DNA of 64,000 bases, taken from Emiliania huxleyi CCMP1516. Lineage: Eukaryota. Made by a program: the position numbers and the translations under genes. The DNA lies in the NCBI RefSeq assembly GCF_000372725.1, contig NW_005202427.1, positions 124,001 through 188,000 of the forward strand, given 5' to 3'. Under the pieces are notes generated by a model that worked only from the letters and a program-made list of their open reading frames with translations, was not told the origin of the DNA and did no database searches. Positions within the stretch are counted from its first letter, which is position 1. Each line of letters opens with the position of its first letter. Of the stretch, positions 10,732-21,933 are shown one piece after another.

Positions 10732-13700
10732 TCACGCCGACCCACGCTCCGGTTTCATCGCATGCAAACCGTACAGCCAGTCGTCGTCGTTGCCGAGGTA
10801 GAGCTCCTCCTGTGCGCCCGCCTCGTCGAGCGCGTAATCGAAGCGCACCGAGAGACCACGCTTGCCCGACTGGCAGCCGCTCGAGTCGATGACGTGGCCC
10901 GAATACGGTACGTCGCGTGGCGGCTCGCCCTCGGCGCCCTCCTCCTCATACCACGCGGTCACCCGACGGCCCATCGCCTCGGCCGGAGTGAGCCCGTGCA
11001 AATCGACGAATGGCGCGGCGCTGAGGCGCTCGGACTTCCACGAGCCGTCGAGCTGCGGCTGCAGAGAGACGAGCTGGCCTGTGGGCCGGAGGGGGGAGGG
11101 GGGGGGGGGGGTTACTGTGGTAGTCTAGGGCGCGTGCTGCTCGTGACAGTCGCCTGCAACAATCGCACGCAACTGGCAGCCGTCCGGCGACTCGGAGCAC
11201 CATTCGAGCAGCGGGAGCGGCGACCCACGGGACGCGGCAAACTCGACCTCGCACACTCTCGGCCGGAAGCGGCCGCCGCCGCGCCCCAGCCGCGCGCTCG
11301 GCACGGGTGCCCTCTTGCCCGCCGCGGGCGGCTCGAGCGCCTTTTGAAGCGCCTCCCAGCCGCAGCCAACCTCATCTAGCAACGTGAGGGACGAAGCGAC
11401 GGCCGCCACGCTCGTCGCTCCCGCCACTTCGCCGCGCCACCAGCCAGCGCGCTCCTGGCCCCACAAGCGCGAGCGACCGGCCGCGCTGATGTTCGCCTCG
11501 AGCACTAGCAGCGCCTACGGGACGCGACGCGACGCGTTGGCGGGGGTAGTTGCGCCGAAGCGCCGCAGCCTCGGCGGGAAGGGGAGCACCGCCCCGAACT
11601 CGGCCGTGTGGGCGGCCGCCGCGACGAACTCCGTCCACACCGGCCGCAGGGGCGGGTGGTCGGCCCAGCAAGCCGCCGCAGAGGCGAGGCGCTCCTCCAG
11701 CTCCTGCGACGAGGGTCCCCACCGTGTCGGTGGAGGAGAGGGGGAAGGGGAGGAGAGGGGGAGGGGGAGGGGGGGGGGAGAAGGAGAGGGGGGGGGGGGG
11801 GGCCAAAGGGGGGGGGAAAAGGGGAAAAGGCACCCCGCCCGACTCGCGCCTGCAGCGCGGCGCGCAGCCGCTCGAGGGACGGGGCGATGCTCGGGTGCGG
11901 GCGGCGCAACGCAGCGACGGCTGGAGTACGCAATGCCTCGGTCGCCCGGCGGAGCTGCTGCTGCTGCTGCTGCTGCTGCTGCCGCGCCTGCGCTTCCGCC
12001 AAGCTGCTGCCCGCGCCGTCGGCGGGCTGCTCGGCGGCGTGCAGCTCGCACTGCTGGGCCACCGCCGCGGCGAGCGCCTCGACACGCCTGGCGGCGGCGG
12101 CGGCCTCCGCCTCCTCGCCCTCGCGCGGCATGACACGCGTGTACAGCTCGGGCAGAGTCGGGCTCGCGGCGACAGCGGCGGCGGCACGCGAGTGCTCCCG
12201 CCCCTGCTCCCGGCCACGCTCCACTCCTCCGGCCGGCGCCGGCGGACCAGCCTGGGCCATGACGTCCGCAGCCTTGCCGTCCGCCGCCTGAAAGCGCGAG
12301 ATGGCGGAGGTATGGGACGAGGGTTCTCGGCGAGGGGCTGCGCGACGCCACCCGGAGGCGTCGCCTTGCCATCTGGCGGTGGCGCGGCGGTGTCATGTGC
12401 GGCGGCGGCGCCGTCGCCAGAGGCGTCGGGCTCGCGGCCCTCCTCGAGCGGCACCTCCTCGAGCGGCCTGGCCACGCGCAACACCGACTGCCTCAGCGGG
12501 CCCTCGCGCACTCCGTCGGGGTGGAGCGCGCACACGAGCTGCGCGAGGGCCCGCGGCCCGGAGAGGGCCTCCCAGCTCGCGGCGGAGCCGGCGAGCGAGA
12601 CGGGCGACTGCACGAGCAGGCTGCCGGAGCTGCGCCCGCCCAGCTGGCGGTACGTGCGCCCGTGCCGGTCCGTGCCGAGCAGGTCGGCGCGCAAGGCGAC
12701 GTTGTCGAGGATCTCGTCGGTGTCGAGCTTCAGCCGGCGGTACTTGGCCACCGCCGCCTCGTGCTCGGCGATGGTGGCCCGCATCTCCGCCTCGGACTCC
12801 TTGCCTTCCTTGGCTGCCGCCGCCCTCGGCCGGCCTCGCGAGCTGGCCGAGCCAATCATCTTGCCGAGCAGCTCCTGCAGCCGGAAGCGCGCGGAGTGGA
12901 GCGCCGCCGCCGCTTTGTCCTCCTGCTCGACCAGCGCCGCGCGGTCACGCCGCTTGGCCGCGGCGAACTCGGCCCTGCGGTCGAGGTGGTCGCGCAGTCG
13001 CTCCGACTGGAGCGCGCGGTCGGCGAGCCAGGCGAGCACCTCGACCCTCTGGCAGGGGGTGAGGTCGGAGTACTCGCCCTTTGCAAGGGCGGCCGACACC
13101 TCGTCCCTGCGCTCGCAGTACACGCTGAAGTCGTCCGAGACGTCGATGAGCTGCGCGGTGAGGGCCGGCCACGTGAGCGGCAGCCGCGGCGACTGCACAG
13201 CTCTCACCCACGCGCCCCACTCGTCTAGCCCCTCGTAGTCCTGCGCCACCGCCTTGAGCATCGCGCAGTGCAGCTCGGCCGCCAGCGAGTAGTCGAGCGC
13301 GCCGGCGCACCGCACCGCGTTGGCGAGCGCGGCGAGGGGGAGGGAGCGGAGGCGGAGGCGGAGGGCGGGCCCCAGCCGGGCAGAGAGGTCCCACAGCATT
13401 AGCAGCCTGGAGGCGAGGGCGGCACGGCGCTCAGCGGGCAGGGGTGCGAGAGCGAGCAGCCGAGGGCGGCGGGCAGACGCCTCGTGCAAGCGGCGTACGG
13501 GAGTTCGACGGAGAGGCGGAGGGGCTGAGGCTGCGGCAGGTCGGGCAGCGGCGGCAGCCGCGCCGGCGGCGGCCCGTGAAGCGTGGGCGGGTAGACAAAC
13601 GAGGGCGGCGGGGGAGCGACCCCCGGCGCCGGCTCGGGTGGCGGGAGAGAGCGCGACGCGGCGACGAGGTAGGCGCGGTAGTCGGCCTCCCTCTCGATCA

Positions 13701-15557
13701 GCTTCGCGTCCTCCATCGGAAAGGAGATCGGGAAGGAGAGCCTGCGGAGGAGACTCGCCCCCTCGTGGGAGTGGAGGCGCGTGCGAGAGTGCCCGCCCTC
13801 TACGAGGGGACGGAGGCGCCTCTTTCCGCTGCCTCCGCCGCCGCCGCCGCCGCCGCCTCCCCCCTCAGCCGCGGGCGACCCAGCCGCCGCCTCCGACGAC
13901 TTGTCGGCCGCCCGCCCCTCGTCCCCGTCGCCCGCTCCGTTGGCGGCACGCTCCTCCATGGACGCGTCCATGGACACGTCCCGCGACACGGCCCGCGGCG
14001 ACAGCTCGGGCTTCGCGGGAGAGACGGACTTGCGTCCGGGCCGCGCCGCCGCCATCGCAGCCTTCCTCTCCTGGATCGCCTGCGCACTCGAGCGGGGCAG
14101 CGGTCGGGACTGAAGGGGGGAAGGGGGGGGGGGGGGGGGCCTGCCCGGCGGGTACCCGGGGCGAGGCGCGTGTCTGCGGCAAGGGTGGCGCGTGTTTTCG
14201 GCGAAAAGGGAAAGGGGGGGGGGGGGGCGAGGCCTCCAAATCCAACGAGGGTTTCCCCCGCATCCCGAGTTCGAATGGGTCGGGGGCCGCCCGCCGGACT
14301 TTTTTGTACCCCCCCCTCTCCTCCTGGGGGGCCCCCTTCCACCTCTCGGACACCAGCTTTGCGACCTGGCTTGAGGGCGCCCCTTCGCCCGCCTCGGCCG
14401 CCACCGCTTCGCGCACCGCCTTGGTGTAGTACGCCAGCGCGCTCTGGGGCTTGTCCGGCTCGCCGCTCGCATCCTTCTCGCCTCGGCCGCCGCCTCTGCC
14501 GCGGCCGGCGGACTGCCTGCAGGAAGGCTCCGAGAAGGCTCCGAGACGGGTCATGGAAGCGCCTCTGCCGCGGCCTGCGGACGGCCTGCGCCGCTTCGCG
14601 TCGGGCTCGTCGAAGACGAACTGCTGCGGCGCCCGCCGCTGCCGCTTGTGCGGGTCCTGCGCCCCCTCTCCCTCCCCCTCTTCGCCCTCCCCGTGGGCGC
14701 CGTTGCCGTTGCCGCCGCCCTCCGCCTCGCGCGCCTCCCTCTTCCGCCGCTGCTCGAGCTCCTGCCGGAGCCCGGCGAGGGCGCTGCACCCCTCCAGCCC
14801 CTCGGTGTTCGAGATCTGGTCCGCCACGAAGATGCCGTGCGCCACCAGCTCCTGCGGGCAGGAGGCGCGTGAGAGGCGTCGCGCCACAACCCGCGAGAGG
14901 CGCCCACCCTCGCGGCGGCGCCTCGGCGCGCAGCTTGAGCGGAGGCGGCCCTCCCTCCTCGACGCTCTTGTTGAGGCCGACGACGTGCCGCAGCAGTTGC
15001 TTGAACGACAGGCTCCCGTCCTCGAGGAGCAGCGCGATGGCGCGCGCCGCCAGCGCCGTCCTCCGCACGAGAAGCGTCCAGAGCGGCTCGTACTCGACGG
15101 AAGGCGAGAGCAACCTGTAGTCTGCAGTGGCGGTCGAGACCCAGACGCTCGCCTGCAGGTGATCGTACTCGACGGACCACTCCGAAGGCACAAGCCGTAC
15201 CAGCGGGCCGCGCGCCGCAGCGGCGCCCTCCCCCCCACCACTGCTCTCGCCGCCACACTCGCCGCCGCCCTCGCCACCGCCACCGCCGCTGCCCTCGCCA
15301 TCAGAGGCAGCGGGAGTGGGCGGCGCTGTGAGCCGTCCCACGACGATGAGCGGTCGCTGGGGCATCGCATCGAGTGCCTGAAGATCGCACAGCATCTGCC
15401 TCCCGTCGCACGGCTCGAAAACGACAACCTCGACCAGTGTTCGGGCAGGCAGCCCGCCCTCCTCCGAGGCTTCCGCGTCCCAGGTCGTGCCGAGAGCGGC
15501 CTCCTCCAGCAGAGGCTGGTGAGTGAGATCGAGGTCGACTAGGTCGCCGAGAGCCAT
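10732..15557 (-). CDS. Multi-exon chromatin protein: DNMT1-type RFTS, HMG box, DDT, WHIM1-3, C-terminal Tudor-like region
   Basis: RFTS-like EWSVEYDHLQASVWVSTATADYRLLSPSVEYEPLW...ELVAHGIFVADQI (GC-AG intron 14852-14921). HMG PDKPQSALAYYTKAVRE...VAKLVSERWK, FPMED, DDT LLMLWDL, WHIM1 EYSDLTPCQRVEVLAWLAD, WHIM2 LLGTDRHGRTY, WHIM3 LHPDGVREGPL. Exon structure only partly resolved. Confidence 0.75.
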
Positions 15558-16645
15558 CACGGAGATGCCGCAGGCAGACGAGGCTGCACCCTATGGGGGA
15601 GTCTCGCGGGGCCAGCGTGTGCGGTGGCTTCTTTTTCTTTTTTCCTCCCCTTGACCTTGGGGTAATTAATTATTTGTTAATTCATTATTACTTAATAATC
15701 ATCGGGCGGCGGCGCGGCGCGGCGGCGGGCGGGGCGGAGCGGGGCGGCGCGACCATCTGTCCTGACCGGGACCTCTGGTCTTTGATGCGGAACAATGGTG
15801 GCGCCGCCCTCGACTCACGGGGCTGCCTTCCAGCCGTCGCTGCTCAGGCCGGGGGAGGGGGGGAGACCTCCTGTTCCTCGCGGAACGGGAGCAGGCCCCT
15901 CCTTGCCCGGTCTGCGAAGCAGGGCGGTGGTCGTGCCATCTTGGCTTCACAACGAGCACGCCGCAACCGTCGCCGGCGCGCGACACGTTCCCGTCAGCAG
16001 GACTGTCCTGGTCGAGAGTGTGTGCCGCCAAGGCGGGACCACTCGGGGACAGTGCCGACGGGACGCGGCTCGAAGGGTGTGGCTCCGCAGCGCGGCTGGC
16101 ACTCGTCGCAGAGGCCTCACCTTCGAAAAGTCGGGCATGGCTCCACCCGCAACTTTGTCGCTAACACGCGCGCACCGCCGAGCCTGCGGCGGGCGCGCTG
16201 CGGCCGCACGTCTACTTCGTCATAGTGCCACGACGTGCGGCCTAGATTTAGCCCACGCGCCTCTGCTCGCAAACACTCACCCATTTGATTGTCGCTGTCC
16301 GTGAGTGCGAGATAGGGCTAGCCGCAGGCAGCTAGCCCATGAGGAGGGCGTCCATAGACACCTCACTAGACCCCACATACGGTCTCGTCCGTGCCTTGCG
16401 GCCGGCGAGATTGCTAGAGGTGGAGCATGCTGCTCTAGCCTCACATGTCACTTCCTGTCGTCTGTTGTTTGTTGTGCTCTTGTTTGTTTCTCTTGGCACC
16501 TTGGAGTGCTGGGGGGGGCGACAGGGAGGATATGGCCTTGAGTTATGTGTACGCCAACTCAGGGTGTGTGGCAGCCAGCTGGCTGTGTGTCTTGTGAGCC
16601 TTTTGTGTCTGTGTGTCGCTCGTGCGTGTCGTCATCATCTGTCCA

Positions 16646-16726
16646 GCGTCCACCCATACCGCGTTGGTGTCCAGTCCGAGCCTGGCTGTTCTTCACCTTT
16701 CTACCTACCTACCTACCTACCTACCT
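16646..16726 (+). mobile_element. Retroposon 3' end (family B) with (TACC)n tail
   Basis: CACCCATACCGCGTTGGTGTCCAGTCCGAGCCTGGCTGTTCTTCACCTTTC plus tail. Related copies at 16872-16975, 32935-33010 and 35573-35638 (minus strand). Confidence 0.7.
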
Positions 16727-17051
16727 GACCTTGGTGGTGGGGTGTGTGTGTGTGTGTGTGTGTACTCACACACTCACTCACCTTGGTGGTGGGTTGGGGG
16801 GGGGGGGCGAGCTGCTACGGTTGTGAGTGTCTGTGTGTCTGTGTGTCGCTTCTCACTCCCGTCTCGCGTCCCGACCCATAGTACCGCGGTGACCCGGTGT
16901 CTCCACAGAGAGAGGCACAGTCCGAGCCTGACAGCTGACTGTTCTTCACCTTCCTAAAACTAACTAACTAACTAATTGGCACTATACCACAGGACTCTCC
17001 GCGATGGGCACCGCTCTCCCGATAAACTATCACAGCATGGACCTGCCGCAT

Positions 17052-20039
17052 TCACACAAACGCGACCGTGCCGAGGTCGACGGGCGTATTCATCGAGAGC
17101 AGCTCGTCGAGCCGCTCGCTGGCGCGCTCGATGTTGCCGATCAGGCTCTTGAGCGAGTAGACGAGCGCGTTGAAGGTCAGCGCCTCGTCGTTGGACAGCG
17201 ACGGCACCGCGTCCAAGCCCGCGTCCCTGCGGCGGTTGAGCGTGACCACGGCGTGCAGGCACTCGGCGTAGCACTCGTCGAACAGCTTCACGGCTGGCGA
17301 GGAGGCGGAGAAGCGCGCGCCATCCGCGCTGACGCCCGCCTGCAGCTTCTGCAGCAACGCCCTCAGCGCGTGCACCACCTCCGCCTCGACGCGGTTGATC
17401 GGCTTGAGCAGCGGCGCGACGAGGCCCACTCCGCCCGGCTGCAGCGCCGCGAGCGTCTCGTGCAACAAGTCGAGGTCGTCCAGCATCGCGCTCAGAGCGG
17501 CGGCCACGCCCCGCACGCGGCCCGCCGGGAACGCCTCTCGCCAGTAGCCTCCTGCGTGGGAGGCCTCGTCGATGAGCGGCCCCAAGTGAGCGAGGGCCGC
17601 CCGGGCCGACGCGTGCATCCGGACGCCGCGCGCCTGCGCCTCGTCCTCGGCGCCGGACGGCTCTCCCGACGCCGAGTCACCAACGCGGGCGCGCGACTGG
17701 CGCCCGGCAGCCCCGAGAGAGACGCGCGACGCGCGCCGTGCGCCGGTGAGGGGGGTGCCCAACGTCGCCGCCTCTGCAAAGTTTGGAGCCGGCGGGAGCG
17801 GTGCCGCTGGCCCGCCCCCACCCTGCGCGCCGCCTCCCACATCAATGAGCTCGACGCCGCCGCTCACGGGACGCCCGGCGCTCGCCTCGCTCGCCGGCGC
17901 AGGGTCGCAGGGAACCTGCCTCGCGCACGTGGGACGCGCAACGGCCCCCCTCTGGGGGCTGGCGACGGCCTGGAAGAGCCACTCTCCCGCGGTGTGCTCG
18001 AAGGTTGCTCGCAGCTCGACGAGGCACGCGGCGAGCTGCTCGTGCACCCGCCTCGGCGCGTCCACCGGAAAGACGAGCACCGACGCGGCGAGCGCGCACA
18101 CGATGCCGGCGAGGGTGAACTGGATCCGGTCCAGCGCGAGCGAGGAGGCGTCCAAGTGGCGGAGCTCGCAGTCCGCGCCATCCGCCAAGCCGGCCGAAGT
18201 CGCTCGACGGCTGCCAATCCCGCCGCACTCGTTGGCGAGCAGCATCAGTGCCGGCGTGAAGGCGGCCACGAGGCCCGCATAGGAGACGGTCGCGCTGGCA
18301 GCGCGCACAAACGCGCACCCAAAGGTCCACAGAGAGTACGCAGTCACGAGCAGCGCGTCCCGAGGCAGCGCCTCCGCCTGCGCGGTCAGAGCGAGGGCCG
18401 TGAAGCCAAAGCACGCGCCAACCACCGAGCCCTGCAAGCGGAGAGCACAGTTGCGGAGGGACGCCCCCAGCCCCGGCTCCACGACCATCGCCACCGTCGC
18501 AGCCACCCAAAAGCCGCGCTCGAAGTGGACGGCGAGCAAGCACGCCGACAGCAAAGCAGAGCAAGCACGCGCCCCATCGCGCCACCGCGCACGCATCGCC
18601 GCCGCCGCCGCCCTCAGCCTCGCCTCGCACGCCGCGGCCGACGGCAGCAGCGGGGTGGCGCTGGCGCGAGGGGCGCTGCTGCTGCTGCCCGCCTCGGCCG
18701 CCTCCTGCAGCCGCTGCAGCAGGCGTGTGAGCGAGAAGAGGGCGGCTTCGATGACGACCACCTCGCCGTGCTCCGCCACGTCGCTCCCCAGCGTCGCCTG
18801 AGCAGAGCCAACCACCCTGTCGCCGCTCCCGTCGCCGCCGCCGCTCCCGTCGCCGCCGCCCGCCTCGCCGCTCCCCGCCTCGCCGCTCCCCGCGTTGCTG
18901 GGTGAGAAGATGAGCCGCAGGCGCGCTTCGAGGAACGCCTCCTCGAACCTGGCGCGCGCCTCACGGCACTGCGCCGCCACCGCGCCGTCGGCCGGCGGGA
19001 GAGGCTTGCCCGCCACGTGCTGCGCAAACTGCCTCGCAACCTCCCCGAAAAGAGCCAACTCGGGCGCGAGCGCTGCGAGCAGCCGCACCGCCACCGCCGT
19101 CGGCCGGAGAGCGCGCGTGGACGGGAGGGTGGCTGCGACGGTGGCGACGTCGCTCAGAGCGCGGTCGAGGGCGCGCTGCTGCGCGCGCCGCCACCGCGGC
19201 CCTCTCCAGCCGCCGCGGCGCACCAAAAAGCTCGGCACCACCTCCCAGCGCGCCGCATCGAGCAGCCCCGCGACTGCAGCCAGCTCCTCCCGAGTCGCTC
19301 TCGCCACGGAGGCGGCGGAGGCGGCGGCGGTGGCGTTTTGCGGCCCCAGCTGCAGGTACGCGTCGATGAGGAGGGCGAGGCCGGCGAATCCGGCGCGGAG
19401 GGCCTCGTCGGCGGAGCGAGAAGCGCGGCGAGGGAAGGGCAGCAGCGCGGCGGCGAGCGCGCAAAGCGCGCCGCGCAGGACGCACTCTGCGATGCCGAGG
19501 AGCGCAGCGGGCGGCCCCGCCAGCGGGCTGCGCAGCGAGAGCAGCACGCCGACGCTCGACGTGCCGGCGAGCACCTTGCGCGCGACGGAAGGCAGCTCGG
19601 CGACCGTGTTGCACAGCAGGTTGAAGGCGGCCAGGCAGGAGAGAGAGAGCACCACGCGGGAGGCGTAGGCGTCGGCGGCGGGCAGCGCACCGACCAGCGC
19701 GAGCCACCCGAGCGGAATAGTGGCCAGCGCTGCCAGCGTCGCCTCGACGCAGCAGCGGACGGTTGCGCCGAGAGTGCCATCGACGCACAGGATCGCAAAG
19801 ATGGCTGAGAGCGCCGAGAACTCGTGGGGAGCGTGGATGGCGACCGCGCACGTCAGGGCGACGGCGAGGGCGGTGCGAGCTGCCCTCTCGCAGTGCCGGA
19901 AGACGTGGCGAGCGAGCGGCATCTTGGTCGTCCGTGTGGCTGCAGCCGTCAGCGGCAGCGTGCTCGGCGAGAACGTCGAGTCGTGCAGCCGGACTAACTC
20001 CTCGACGTGCTGGACCGCCGAGGCGTAGTGGCTCTGCAT
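17052..20039 (-). CDS. FUSC / aromatic acid exporter / ALMT-like polytopic membrane protein
   Basis: Two hydrophobic clusters. Motifs FWVAATVAMVV-EPGLGASLRNCALRLQGSVVGA, YAGLVAAFTPALMLL, ALDRIQFTLAGIVCALAASVLVFP. Start codon uncertain. Confidence 0.75.
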   Translation of the reverse strand: MQSHYASAVQHVEELVRLHDSTFSPSTLPLTAAATRTTKMPLARHVFRHCERAARTALAVALTCAVAIHAPHEFSALSAIFAILCVDGTLGATVRCCVEATLAALATIPLGWLALVGALPAADAYASRVVLSLSCLAAFNLLCNTVAELPSVARKVLAGTSSVGVLLSLRSPLAGPPAALLGIAECVLRGALCALAAALLPFPRRASRSADEALRAGFAGLALLIDAYLQLGPQNATAAASAASVARATREELAAVAGLLDAARWEVVPSFLVRRGGWRGPRWRRAQQRALDRALSDVATVAATLPSTRALRPTAVAVRLLAALAPELALFGEVARQFAQHVAGKPLPPADGAVAAQCREARARFEEAFLEARLRLIFSPSNAGSGEAGSGEAGGGDGSGGGDGSGDRVVGSAQATLGSDVAEHGEVVVIEAALFSLTRLLQRLQEAAEAGSSSSAPRASATPLLPSAAACEARLRAAAAAMRARWRDGARACSALLSACLLAVHFERGFWVAATVAMVVEPGLGASLRNCALRLQGSVVGACFGFTALALTAQAEALPRDALLVTAYSLWTFGCAFVRAASATVSYAGLVAAFTPALMLLANECGGIGSRRATSAGLADGADCELRHLDASSLALDRIQFTLAGIVCALAASVLVFPVDAPRRVHEQLAACLVELRATFEHTAGEWLFQAVASPQRGAVARPTCARQVPCDPAPASEASAGRPVSGGVELIDVGGGAQGGGGPAAPLPPAPNFAEAATLGTPLTGARRASRVSLGAAGRQSRARVGDSASGEPSGAEDEAQARGVRMHASARAALAHLGPLIDEASHAGGYWREAFPAGRVRGVAAALSAMLDDLDLLHETLAALQPGGVGLVAPLLKPINRVEAEVVHALRALLQKLQAGVSADGARFSASSPAVKLFDECYAECLHAVVTLNRRRDAGLDAVPSLSNDEALTFNALVYSLKSLIGNIERASERLDELLSMNTPVDLGTVAFV

Positions 20040-21933
20040 TATCTCGTGAACCTCTCTCTCGCGCCGACGCCGGACCTCTGTGCTGCAAGAATGCTTGCCG
20101 CGGCGCCGCAGGCGCCTGTTGATGGGTCCAGGTGATAGCCCTGGATGGGCAATGCATACGCCTAGTTGGGCCTCAGATCGCCCGACCGCGTCCCGGTGCT
20201 CTGTGGTCGGATTTGTGACGCCGCCGCACCGCGCCGCGGCCGGGGGCCCTCCGGAGGCCGAGGATGGCCGTGGCGGACCGGGACGAGGGACGAGCTCTGA
20301 GAGGTAAAGTGTCGGTGAGTATATTGTAGAGACAGACCATGTGCACAATATCTCTCAGTCTAGCTAAGCCAGGGGAGGCGTGTGAGGGGAGCGGCGGCGA
20401 GAGGGGGGGCGACGGCGACGCAGGCGAGCCGCGCGCGCGCGCGACTGAGGGAAGCGCGGGCGGCGGGAAGAAGGAGAACGGCGGCGGCGGCGAGGCGCAA
20501 AACGGGGGCGGCGGAAGTGGGGGCGACGGCGGCGGCGGAGTGAACGGCGGCGCGCGCACGGACGGCGACGAAATCGACGGCGGGAAGGGGCGGGGCTGCA
20601 TGGCGGCGACGGGCGCGCGCTCATATGTCGTGCTTTCGCATTGGCACTCCACACGACCTGCGTGCGCGGGAACGGCAGCGGTCATGTCGCGCGCACCGGG
20701 CGGCGCCGTGCTCGCAGCAGCCGGGATCGCGGCAGAGTATGGTGGAGAGCTCTACCCGCGCACCTGCCCAGCGAGGAGCTCGACGCCGCTCCTGGCAGGG
20801 ATCTCGGCGACGTTGGAGAGCGGGCGCACGATGTCGTGGGCGACGCCCGTCCGCAGCCTCTCTCCCTACGGGGTGTGGACCCTGAGTTGACCAGGGGTTG
20901 TGCGCCGGGCCCTCCTGCTCGGCTCCAGCCGGTAGACAAGTCTTGTCATCAACAGAGTAGAAGGATCTGACCTCAGGGCTGATGCGACCAAGCGCTGGTA
21001 GCGTGGTTTGACCTCACACCCATGGTCTCACAGTGTGCCGGCAGTCGCCGAGCAGTGTCGCTCACACAAGCCGCAGCACAAGTACAAGTGACTGAGGGCC
21101 AGTGAGGGCGAGCCCATCGCTGTCACAGCTGTGGCAGCCGCACAGTAGGCTGTGTCAACTGTGCAGAGTGTGTGAGCAGCAGAGGAGCTGCTCTCCAGGC
21201 TTCAGGCGCAAAGAGCTGCATGCCACCGAAGGCGCTGTCGAGGTTCACCGAGTGCGGCGCAGGTTGGGGGAAGCCGCCACCGACGAGCGCGTTGGACTTT
21301 CACTCCGGACAAAGACGGGCACACAGCGGACGGTGCGGGGCGTGTGCCCGTCGTAGCGGCGAGGCGCGGAACCGTCTGTGGCGAGGTGGGTCGCGTCCCC
21401 CGATTTCCTCAACTGGAGCAAGCAGGCGAACTTGAGCACTTGAGCACTTGATAGGGTCGATTCCGCATGGTACGGGACCCCTCGATCGTCTCGCCCTCCC
21501 TCACTGGCGTGTTCATGGGGGGGGGCATAACAAACACGGTACAGTTTTTTTAACTCACTTACTCACATCTAAGTAGAAAGCAGCTGCTCGGTCGAGGTCG
21601 GGAAGGCCCGATTTCCGATTTGTTATGCTTTCTGAGAAGAGAGCAAGCAAGCCCACTCATCCCCACTCTGCGCAGCGAGAGAAACCATTGGCTTTTTGTT
21701 TGTCAGCCACAGCAGCCAAACAAACAACCTCCCCCAAGTGGCTGCTAGGAGGAGGTGGGAGGGGAGCGAACGGCGCAGGCTTTCGTGATGCGCGATGCGT
21801 CCCGCTTTCTGTGCCTGTGCCTGTACGTGAGTCCAGTCCCCTACCGTGCCGGCGAACCCAGACGCCAGTTTGTGGTCGAGCTTGGTCAATTTTGGTCTCG
21901 GCCAGCTGGTCTCGGCAGCCTTGACCGAACACC

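Noticed and set aside
11384..19808. Long plus-strand Arg/Ala/Gly-rich ORFs (e.g. 11550-13238, 17004-18905)
   Set aside because: Antisense shadows of real minus-strand genes in GC-rich DNA.
20339..21100. Gly/Pro-rich ORFs and a possible C/D snoRNA
   Set aside because: No recognisable domain, and no convincing box pairing or terminal stem.
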